From: Acidothermus cellulolyticus 11B
Lineage (GTDB): Bacteria > Actinomycetota > Actinomycetes > Acidothermales > Acidothermaceae
NCBI RefSeq assembly: GCF_000015025.1
Contig: NC_008578.1
Span: forward strand, 480,001-512,000
Length of the DNA: 32,000 bases
Reading direction: 5' to 3'
Shown: piece after piece, positions 8,602 through 16,224 of the stretch
How the letters are laid out: every line of letters starts with the position of its first letter
Numbering within the stretch: position 1 is the stretch's first letter
Notes under the pieces: generated by a model
What the model was told of the DNA's origin: nothing
The model's database searches: none
Seen by the model: the letters and a program-made list of their open reading frames with translations, nothing else
Program-made: the position numbers and the translations under genes

Positions 8602-9803
8602 GCCGCGATCTGCCGAGCGAGGTCGAGCGCGTCGGCCGCGATCGCCGCCGCCGCCCGGACGTCGGTCATCAGCAGCGGCCGGGCCCGCACCTCGATGCCC
8701 GGGACGCGCGTTGCGGCGTCCGCGGTGTCGACCAGCCAGCCGTCAAGCAATTCCGGGCCGTACCACGCCGCGACCGCCTCGGCCGTCGTCGCCACACCAA
8801 TGGCGGTCAAGCACACGTCCGCCATGCCGCGGACCGGTGCACCGCCGATGATCGGTGAGACGCCGACCACCGGCGCGGGCGTCGCGATCAGCGCCTCCCG
8901 GATACCGGGCACGGCCAGGATCGTGCCGATGCTCACCACCGGGTTCGACGGTGCGAGCAGGACGGCGTCCGCGGCGGCGATCGCTTCGAGGACTCCGGGG
9001 GCGGGCCGGGCGTGCTCGGCCCCGACCGCGACGAACCGGATCGGTACGGGATCCGCGTGCAGCCGTATCCACCACTCCTGGAAGTGCACGAGCTCCCGGA
9101 AGCCGGGCAGCTCCACGTGCGTCTCCACCGGATCGTCCGACATCGGCAGGAGCCGTACCCCGAGGTGCCAGCGAGCCGTCAACGCCGCGGTCACGTCGGA
9201 CAATGACCGGCCTTCGGCAAGCCACTGGGTGCGCAGCAGATGCGTGGCAAGATCGCGATCGCCGAGGGTGAACCAGGGAGCGCCGGCGCCGTACGCCGCC
9301 AGCTCCTCGCGCACCGTGAAGGTCTCATTGGCCCGACCCCACCCCTGACCCTCGTGCACCACGCCGCCCAGCGTGTACATCACGGTGTCCAGGTCGGGGC
9401 AGATCCGCAGGCCATGCAGGGTGATGTCGTCGCCGGTGTTGCCGATCACGGTGATCTCGGCTTGGGTGGTGAGGCCGGTGCGAGGTGCCTGGGGGTTTGT
9501 AGCGGCGCGGGGCGCATGGAGGTCGGGGACGGCGCGGGGCGCATGGGTGGGGACGCGTGCTGCGCGGTCGGCTTCGGGGGCCAGTGCCGCCCGCAGCCCC
9601 CGGGTGAATCTGGCGCCACCTACGCCGCCGGCCAGGACGACGACGCGGAGCCGGCCGTCGTCCGGCGTTGCCGGAGCCGCACCGGCCGGCCTTTCCGGCG
9701 CTCTGTCGTCCGCCGCGCGCGGATTTCCGCCGTCTGGCATGGGTCCGTCCGGCTGTTCGGGGCCAGGTTGCCTGCTTCGGTTCTTGACGTCTGTCATCGA
9801 CAC
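8568..9803 (-). CDS. cofD: 2-phospho-L-lactate transferase (F420 biosynthesis) with an N-terminal extension and an internal repeat-containing insertion
   Basis: RVVVLAGGVGGARFTRGL ... ITVIGNTGDDITLHGLRICPDLDTVMYTLGG. At 411 aa it is longer than CofD/FbiA as I recall it. Confidence 0.85.
   Translation of the reverse strand: MSMTDVKNRSRQPGPEQPDGPMPDGGNPRAADDRAPERPAGAAPATPDDGRLRVVVLAGGVGGARFTRGLRAALAPEADRAARVPTHAPRAVPDLHAPRAATNPQAPRTGLTTQAEITVIGNTGDDITLHGLRICPDLDTVMYTLGGVVHEGQGWGRANETFTVREELAAYGAGAPWFTLGDRDLATHLLRTQWLAEGRSLSDVTAALTARWHLGVRLLPMSDDPVETHVELPGFRELVHFQEWWIRLHADPVPIRFVAVGAEHARPAPGVLEAIAAADAVLLAPSNPVVSIGTILAVPGIREALIATPAPVVGVSPIIGGAPVRGMADVCLTAIGVATTAEAVAAWYGPELLDGWLVDTADAATRVPGIEVRARPLLMTDVRAAAAIAADALDLARQIAARRAKTEPRGR
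9504..9554. repeat. In-frame tandem repeat (27 + 24 bp) inside cofD
   Basis: ggcgcggggcgcatgg occurs at 9504-9519 and 9531-9546, each followed by (ag)gt(c)ggggac. On the minus strand this encodes ...VPTHAPRA VPDLHAPRA... Confidence 0.85.
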
Positions 9804-9996
9804 GATGCTCGCAGGACCGCCGGCCGGCCGCCGCCGAGGCTGGGAGACCGGCCGGCCGTCGTCGAGGCCGGGAGACCGGCCGGATGGCAGACGTCGAGGC
9901 CGGATCGCGGCGACTGCTTGATCGACGGGAAGGCTCGTGCCAGGCTGCTTGATCGTCTTCTACGGCGGGTCGCCGGACCGAATACCATGATTCGGC

Positions 9997-10026
9997 TTGA
10001 CGAACCGGTAATGACGCGCGTGTAAT
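9997..10026 (+). promoter_or_regulatory. Candidate sigma-70-type promoter for whiB (TTGACG, 18-nt spacer, TGTAAT)
   Basis: TTGACG lies at 9997-10002 and TGTAAT at 10021-10026, in the AT-richer part of the cofD-whiB divergent intergenic region, about 60 nt upstream of the whiB GTG. Confidence 0.3.
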
Positions 10027-10086
10027 TCCAGATATGTTCTTCCTCCGCGGTGGGGTGGGGGAGGGTCAGGGTCGAGGAGGTGCGCG

Positions 10087-10407
10087 GTGACCGGTATCTC
10101 AGTCCATGGGATGGTCGACACCGAGGTCAATCCGTGGCACGACATCATCGCTGGTCTGGCCGAACTGCGGAACCGCATGGACGATGAGCTGCGGTGGCAG
10201 GAGCAGGCGCTGTGCGCGCAGACCGATCCGGAAGCCTTCTTTCCTGAGAAGGGGGGCTCAACGCGCGAAGCCAAGCGCATCTGCGCATCCTGCCCGGTGC
10301 GGATCGAGTGCTTGGAGTATGCCCTCGCGCACGACGAACGGTTCGGCATCTGGGGCGGACTCTCCGAGCGGGAACGCCGTCGGCTCAAGCGCCGCCGGGT
10401 AGGCTGA
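10087..10407 (+). CDS. whiB: WhiB-family Fe-S transcriptional regulator (WhiB/WhiB2-type by synteny with cofD)
   Basis: C-x(n)-CxxC-x5-C pattern (ALCAQ...ICASCPVRIEC), GIWGG turn and a basic tail RRRLKRRRVG. GTG 10087 sits 6 nt after GAGGAGG. Confidence 0.9.
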   Translation: MTGISVHGMVDTEVNPWHDIIAGLAELRNRMDDELRWQEQALCAQTDPEAFFPEKGGSTREAKRICASCPVRIECLEYALAHDERFGIWGGLSERERRRLKRRRVG

Positions 10408-10712
10408 CCTCTCCCCCTACGGGCACGCCGTGTACGGGCGCGGCGCCGGGGCCGGGCTGACCCCGCTGCGGCTCGACTGACCTCCCCGCGCTGATGGGCT
10501 CGGAACCGGGCTGACCCGACCCGTGGAACACCCACGACGCATCCCGGCGACCTACCTCTCAGCCGGCGTCGTCCATCCCGGCCAGGCGCCGGCTCCCCGC
10601 ATCACGTGCGCTCCTTGACGGCGGTCTGCGGCGTCTTTTACTTTGGAAACCACGGCTCTTTATCGATACAAGAGGGTGAGGTACCGGTCGGTACCCACGA
10701 TCACCGCCGAAA

Positions 10713-11906
10713 GTGAGACGCACGTTGTCGACGTATCGCGATCTACTGCGTACGCCGTCCGTGCTCTGGCTCCTCGGCACCTCCATCCTCGGCCGGTTCA
10801 ACCAGGGAATGGTCGGTCTCGCGCTGCTCCTGCTTGTCACCGAGCACGCGAGCTATGCGATCGCCGGCGCGGTCTCGGCCTGCTATCTCGCCGGTTCCTT
10901 CGTCGCCGGGCCGGCGCTCGCTCGTCTCGCTGACGACCGTGGACGCCGTCCGGTGCTCGCCGTCAGCGCGGTTCTCTTCGGTATCGCGATGATCACACTG
11001 GCGGTCGTGCCGCCGCGGCCCGCACTGCTCTGCGTCGTCGCGGCCGTCGCCGGACTCTGCGTGCCGCCCGTGACCGCCTCGATCCGCGCCGTGCTGCCGG
11101 CGCTGGTCACCCCGGAGCAGCGCCGCAGCGTGTTCGCGCTCGAATCCACCATCCAGGAACTGATCTTCATCCTCGGTCCGCCGACGACCGCCATGCTGGC
11201 AACGGCCGGCGGACCCCGGCTGGCCGTCGCTGCGGCCGGCCTCCTCGTGCTTGTCGGCACCCTCGGTTTCGTGAAGGACCCGGCAGCGGACGCCGGGCGG
11301 CACCCCACCGAGCGGCAGGCAGCCGGGGGAGTGCTGCGCGTCTCCGGCATCCCCGGTGTCATTGCCGCCGGCACCGCCCTTGTCGCGGCGTTTCAGGCCG
11401 AGACGGTCGGCGTCGTCGAATTGATCAGCGGCCGTCATGCCTCGGCCAACGCGGCCTACACCCTTGCGGTGGTCAGTCTCGGATCGATGATTGGCGGCCT
11501 CTTCTACGGGACCCGCCATCGGCACCGAGCCGAGCTGCGGCACCTGCTCGCACTGGTCGCGGCAGGGCTCGCCCTGGTGCTGATCGCGCCCAACCGTCTG
11601 GTGCTGACGGTCCTGCTCTTCTGCTGGGGGCTCACCATCGCCCCAGCCCTCTCCCGGCTCTTCGAGCGGCTCGCCGCCCTTGCTCCGGCGGCGGCGCGCA
11701 CGGAGGCTTTCGGGTGGATGGGCAGCGGCCTGACCGTCGGTGCCGCGCTCGGTTCCGCGCTCGGTGGGATCGTCGTCGCGGCGGCCGGGGGACGTGCGTC
11801 CATCGGCCTCGCCGTCGCTTTCATTGCGCTCTCCGCCGCGATCTGCGAACCGTGGCCGCGGCGGCGCCTGATGGGGCAACTGCGCGCCGCGTTCCGGCGT
11901 CCCTAG
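10713..11906 (+). CDS. MFS transporter
   Basis: 397 aa, about 12 hydrophobic segments, and an MFS loop motif LARLADDRGRRPVL between TM2 and TM3. Confidence 0.8.
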   Translation: MRRTLSTYRDLLRTPSVLWLLGTSILGRFNQGMVGLALLLLVTEHASYAIAGAVSACYLAGSFVAGPALARLADDRGRRPVLAVSAVLFGIAMITLAVVPPRPALLCVVAAVAGLCVPPVTASIRAVLPALVTPEQRRSVFALESTIQELIFILGPPTTAMLATAGGPRLAVAAAGLLVLVGTLGFVKDPAADAGRHPTERQAAGGVLRVSGIPGVIAAGTALVAAFQAETVGVVELISGRHASANAAYTLAVVSLGSMIGGLFYGTRHRHRAELRHLLALVAAGLALVLIAPNRLVLTVLLFCWGLTIAPALSRLFERLAALAPAAARTEAFGWMGSGLTVGAALGSALGGIVVAAAGGRASIGLAVAFIALSAAICEPWPRRRLMGQLRAAFRRP

Positions 11907-11973
11907 ACCGAAGCCGGGCACCAGGACCGTGGCGTCACGAGGTGTCCGGACGCGGTGAGCCGGGAGGGACGGC

Positions 11974-12873
11974 GTGCGAATCGGTACCATCACCCGACCC
12001 GGAGTGCCGTGGCGGCTGGGCGTCACCCTGATCGCCGTCGGCGGCGTCCTCGGATCGGCCGCTGCGTGCAGCCGGGTCGTCCCCGCGTCGGTGGTCGTAC
12101 ACCGCTCGCCGGCGGCGTCCGCTGATCTCAGCTCGTCGCCTGCCAGGTCGCCGATCCCGACACCCTCTGTGGCCGTGCCGTCCCCGCCAGGGTCGACCGA
12201 GTCGGACGGCGCACCGGTGCGTCCGGTCAGTCTGCCGGCGACCATCGTGGAAATCGGCGATTCCCTCGGCATCGACCTGGGATATGGCTTGCGTGACGTC
12301 TTGGCGGAAACCCCCGGTATCACGCTGATTCCGGCGGCGTACGGAAGCAGCGGTCTGGTGCGGCCGGAATTCTACGACTGGCAGACGCATCTGCAGGAAT
12401 TGCTGAATCGCTATCAGCCCGATCTCGTCATTGTTTTTCTCGGCGCTAATGACGTACAGAATTTCTTCGCCGACGGCCGGTACGAGAAATTCGGCACACC
12501 GGAGTGGCGCACGGTGTACGCCGCACGGGTCGGGGCGCTGATGGACGAAGCGGTCGCCGGCGGGGCGCAGGTGCTCTGGGTCGGCATGCCGGCGATGCGC
12601 GACCCCGCATTCGATTTTGCGATGAGCGAGCTGGACGGGATTTTCCGGCAGGAGGCGGCAGGCCGCGCCGGTGTCCGGTATTTCGCCAGCCGGCCGGTGC
12701 TCGCCGGCCCGGACGGTGGTTACGCCGCGTCGGTCACGACGAGCAGCGGCCGGCGGGTCGTGGCCCGGGCGCCGGACGGCGTCCACATCACGTTCGGGAC
12801 GCCGGAGAGCGGGGCGACGCTCCTCGCCCAGGCCGTCGTCGGCGCACTGCACGCCGCCTTCGGGCTCCGCTGA
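11974..12873 (+). CDS. Secreted SGNH/GDSL-type hydrolase, probable lipoprotein
   Basis: N-terminal signal with LGSAAAC (lipobox-like Cys). SGNH blocks IGDSLG, FLGANDV and APDGVHIT. GGGAGGG SD before GTG 11974. Confidence 0.75.
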   Translation: MRIGTITRPGVPWRLGVTLIAVGGVLGSAAACSRVVPASVVVHRSPAASADLSSSPARSPIPTPSVAVPSPPGSTESDGAPVRPVSLPATIVEIGDSLGIDLGYGLRDVLAETPGITLIPAAYGSSGLVRPEFYDWQTHLQELLNRYQPDLVIVFLGANDVQNFFADGRYEKFGTPEWRTVYAARVGALMDEAVAGGAQVLWVGMPAMRDPAFDFAMSELDGIFRQEAAGRAGVRYFASRPVLAGPDGGYAASVTTSSGRRVVARAPDGVHITFGTPESGATLLAQAVVGALHAAFGLR

Positions 12874-13086
12874 CCGAGCCGGACGGCGTCCGGCCAACCG
12901 CGGCGGATCGGACGGCGTCCGGGCCGCGGTGCGTCGGACCACGCGCCGGACGGCCTCCAGCCGGGCCGCGGCGGTCGGACCCGAGCCGCGGCGGCCAGCC
13001 CTGGGCCGGCGCTGGGGCGCTCCCGATCGGCACCCTTCGTCGCGTAGGGTAAGGCGGGTCCGAGGCCCGACGAGAGTCCCGAGCTG

Positions 13087-16000
13087 ATGACGAACCGACG
13101 TCCGTATCTCCCGCATCCGCGGCACGTCGTGACGGCGATCCTCGTCGCCCACGACGGCGGTCGGTGGCTGCCCACCACGCTGCAAGCGGTGAAGATGCAG
13201 CGGCGGCCGGTGCAACGCTTCGTCGCCGTGGACACCGGTAGCCGCGACGACACCCGCCAACTCCTCGAGGAATCGGTCGGGGCGGCCAGCGTCCTCTCCG
13301 CGCCGCGGACCGTCGGTTTCGGGGACGCCGTCCACCAGGCCGTCGCCGCGTTCGCCGGTGTGCCCGGCTGGGCGGCGAGTCAGACGGACGCCGGATCCCC
13401 CGTCGAGTGGCTCTGGCTCCTGCACGACGACTCGGCACCCGATCCAGCCGCTCTGGACGCGATGCTTGCCCTTGCCGACGAGATGCCGTCCGCCGCGGTC
13501 ATCGGGCCGAAGATCGTCGACTGGGAGCGGCCCGGGGTGCTCCGGGAGGTCGGCTTCACCGTCGACCGAGGCGGCCATCGCCAGACCGGATTGGAACCCG
13601 ACGAGCTCGATCACGGCCAGCATGACGGCGACCGCGACGTCTTCGCGGTCAGCAGCGCCGGCATGCTGATCCGGCGGGATCTGTGGGACCTGCTTGGCGG
13701 TTTTGACCGGAACTTTCCGCTGCTGCGCGACGATCTCGACTTCTGCTGGCGGGCGCACCTCGCCGGCGAGCGGGTCGTCGTCTGCACGCGTGCCGTCGTC
13801 CGGCACGCTCGGGCGGCGACCAGCGGCTACCGGCGGGTGAGCTGTACGCCGCCGGGGGCTCGGCGTTCGGTGTCGCTGCGCCGCCTCGACCGGCAAGCCG
13901 CCCTGTTCGCCTGGCTCGCCAACTGCAGCCGGAGCAGCTTTCCGCTGGTGGCGGTTCGGCTGGCCCTGGCCGCCCTGCTCCGCGCGCTTGCGTTCGTCGC
14001 CGCGAAGAGCGTGGACCGGGCCGTCTCGGAGCTCGCGGCGGCTGCGGCGGTCTTCGGCCGGCCCGGCCGGTTGCTGGCGGCCCGGCGGCAACGACGTCCA
14101 TTCCGGCGGGTGCCGTACTCGGAGGTCCGGGCCCTGCTGGCCCCGCGCGGGTCGCGGCTGCGGCAGGTCATCGACCAGTGGACGGCGGCGTCCGCGCCCG
14201 ACGACAGGCGCCGCAGCCTGCGGCGGCTGCTCACCAACCCCGGGGTGCTGCTGGCCGTCGGCCTGCTCGCGGTCACGCTTGCCGCCGAGCGCACGGTGCT
14301 TACCACCCAGCTCTGGGGCGGAGCCCTGCTGCCCGCGCCCGCCGGGGCGGGCGACCTGTGGCAGCGGTACGTCGAGAGCTGGCATGCCACCGGGTACGGC
14401 AGTGCAGCGCCCGCTCCGCCGTACCTCGCGGTGCTGGCGTTCCTGGGCAGCCTGCTCGTCGGCAACGCCCGGTTCGCCGTCGCGATCCTCCTGCTTGGAG
14501 CCGCCCCGCTTGCCGGGCTGGTCGCGTATCGGTCCAGCCGCTGGGCGTTCACCTCGCCGCGGCTGCGGGTGACCGCCGGGGCGCTGTACGGCCTGGCTCC
14601 GGTGGTCACCGGGGCGGTGAGCACGGGACGGCTCGGGGTCGCCGTCGCGGCCATCGTCCTGCCGGCGCTGCTCGTCCAACTGGCCCGGGCGTTGGTGCCG
14701 GAACAGCTGCTTGCGGTCCCCGCCGGCGTCCGGCATGGACGGCGACCGGCGTCCGTGCGGCACGCGTGGGCTGCCGGCTTGCTGCTCGCCGTCCTGACCG
14801 CGTTTGACCCCGCGGGGTATCTCCTCACCGCCGCCTTGTTGGTCATCGCTCTTGTCATCGCACTGGTACGTCGGCAGGTCGGCGAGGCGGCACGCTGCGT
14901 CTTGATCGCGGGCATTCCGGCCCTGCTTCTCGTTCCGTGGACCGGCTGGCTCTGGTCGCACCCGGCCCTGTTTGTCACCGGCCTGGGCCAGGTGGCTCAG
15001 GCACTGCAGGATTCCAACCTCCACCCGGTTGACCTGGTGCTCGCACATCCGGGCGGGCCGGGGTCGCCGCCGTACTGGTTGATGGCGGGGGTGGCGGCTG
15101 CCGCGCTCTTCGGCCTGTTCCGCAGCCGCACGGCGCTTCTCGGCTGGCTGCTGGCGGCGGTCGGGGTCGCCGGCGGCCTGGTCGTCACCCGGGTGCACGT
15201 TGTCCCCGTCGCCGAGCCGGGCGGCAGTGCGGTCGCCGGGTGGCCGGGGGCGGCGACGGCGTTCGTCGCGGCCGGGCTCGCGCTGGCCGCCGCCGGTGGC
15301 TTGGCCGGCCTGCGGGGTTGGCTGCGCCGGTCCAGCTTTGGCCTGCGGCACCCTGCGACGCTGCTCCTCGCCGCCGCCGTCCTTGCCACGCCGCTCGTCG
15401 CGGCGGGAACCTGGATTGCGCGCGGCACCGGACACCTGCTGCGGACCGGGTCGGCCGACATCCTGCCGATCTTCGTCACCGATCCGACGACCGTGCACGG
15501 GCAACCGCGCACGGTCATCCTCCGGCCTGCGGGGAACAGCGTCCGCTACACCGTGTTGCGGGACCGGTCGCCCGAACTGGGGGACGCCGACCTGCCGCCG
15601 AGCCCCGCGCAGGTTGCCGCGGTGGGCAGTGCGGTCGGCGACCTGGCAAGCGGGCTCGGCGGGCCGGCCGCCGACGCGCTTGCCCGCACGGGTGTGCGGT
15701 TCGTGCTCATCCCGGCGTCGGCGCAGCGGCTGGACCAGACCATCGCCGCCGCCGGCGGGTTGCTGCGCCGCGGCACGGTGGGCGGCTGGCAGGTCTGGGA
15801 GATCACCCCGGGCGGCGCCAGGCTTGCGATCACTGACGGCACCGCGTGGCAACCGGTGACGGCCGGCGGTGTCGGGTGGAACGCAGCTCCGGTGATGGTG
15901 AGTTCCGGTTCGCCGTCCCGGTTGCTCGTGCTCGCTGAGGCAGCCTCGCCGCGGTGGCGCGCTGTTCTCGGCAGCCCGGGGAGCACCGTGCCGCTCGCGC

Positions 16001-16224
16001 CGGTGAATTATCAGGGCTGGCAGGCGTTCCGTCTGCCGGCCACCGGCGGGGAGGTTCGGGTCTACCGCGTTCCGGACCGCCGCAGCACGTGGCTGACCGT
16101 GGAGCTTGCCGCGACGGCGATCGTGATCTTCATCGCGCTGCCGGGCGCCCCGCGGCGTCGCGCCACCGCCGCGCCCGCCGCAACGCCGTCCGAGGCCCGT
16201 GTCCCCGTTGGAGCTGCGCCATGA
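13087..16224 (+). CDS. Glycosyltransferase family 2 domain fused to a large polytopic membrane domain
   Basis: The N-terminus reads VTAILVAHDGGRWLPTTLQAVKMQRRP...VDTGSRDDT...LLHDDSAPD (GT2 DxD region). It is followed by many hydrophobic segments spanning more than 600 aa. Confidence 0.85.
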   Translation: MTNRRPYLPHPRHVVTAILVAHDGGRWLPTTLQAVKMQRRPVQRFVAVDTGSRDDTRQLLEESVGAASVLSAPRTVGFGDAVHQAVAAFAGVPGWAASQTDAGSPVEWLWLLHDDSAPDPAALDAMLALADEMPSAAVIGPKIVDWERPGVLREVGFTVDRGGHRQTGLEPDELDHGQHDGDRDVFAVSSAGMLIRRDLWDLLGGFDRNFPLLRDDLDFCWRAHLAGERVVVCTRAVVRHARAATSGYRRVSCTPPGARRSVSLRRLDRQAALFAWLANCSRSSFPLVAVRLALAALLRALAFVAAKSVDRAVSELAAAAAVFGRPGRLLAARRQRRPFRRVPYSEVRALLAPRGSRLRQVIDQWTAASAPDDRRRSLRRLLTNPGVLLAVGLLAVTLAAERTVLTTQLWGGALLPAPAGAGDLWQRYVESWHATGYGSAAPAPPYLAVLAFLGSLLVGNARFAVAILLLGAAPLAGLVAYRSSRWAFTSPRLRVTAGALYGLAPVVTGAVSTGRLGVAVAAIVLPALLVQLARALVPEQLLAVPAGVRHGRRPASVRHAWAAGLLLAVLTAFDPAGYLLTAALLVIALVIALVRRQVGEAARCVLIAGIPALLLVPWTGWLWSHPALFVTGLGQVAQALQDSNLHPVDLVLAHPGGPGSPPYWLMAGVAAAALFGLFRSRTALLGWLLAAVGVAGGLVVTRVHVVPVAEPGGSAVAGWPGAATAFVAAGLALAAAGGLAGLRGWLRRSSFGLRHPATLLLAAAVLATPLVAAGTWIARGTGHLLRTGSADILPIFVTDPTTVHGQPRTVILRPAGNSVRYTVLRDRSPELGDADLPPSPAQVAAVGSAVGDLASGLGGPAADALARTGVRFVLIPASAQRLDQTIAAAGGLLRRGTVGGWQVWEITPGGARLAITDGTAWQPVTAGGVGWNAAPVMVSSGSPSRLLVLAEAASPRWRAVLGSPGSTVPLAPVNYQGWQAFRLPATGGEVRVYRVPDRRSTWLTVELAATAIVIFIALPGAPRRRATAAPAATPSEARVPVGAAP

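Noticed and set aside
10003-10027. Possible BldD-type box (TNAC-N5-GTNA) in the whiB promoter: TGAC-GCGCGT-GTAA.
   Set aside because: The spacer is 6 nt rather than 5, so it does not fit the consensus as I recall it. I kept only the generic promoter call.
11935-15852. A 1305-aa ORF on the minus strand, the longest in the track.
   Set aside because: It is antisense to the well-supported SGNH and GT2 genes. Its translation is Arg/Pro/Gly-dominated low complexity with no recognisable domain. This is the stop-codon-poor antisense frame expected in very GC-rich DNA.
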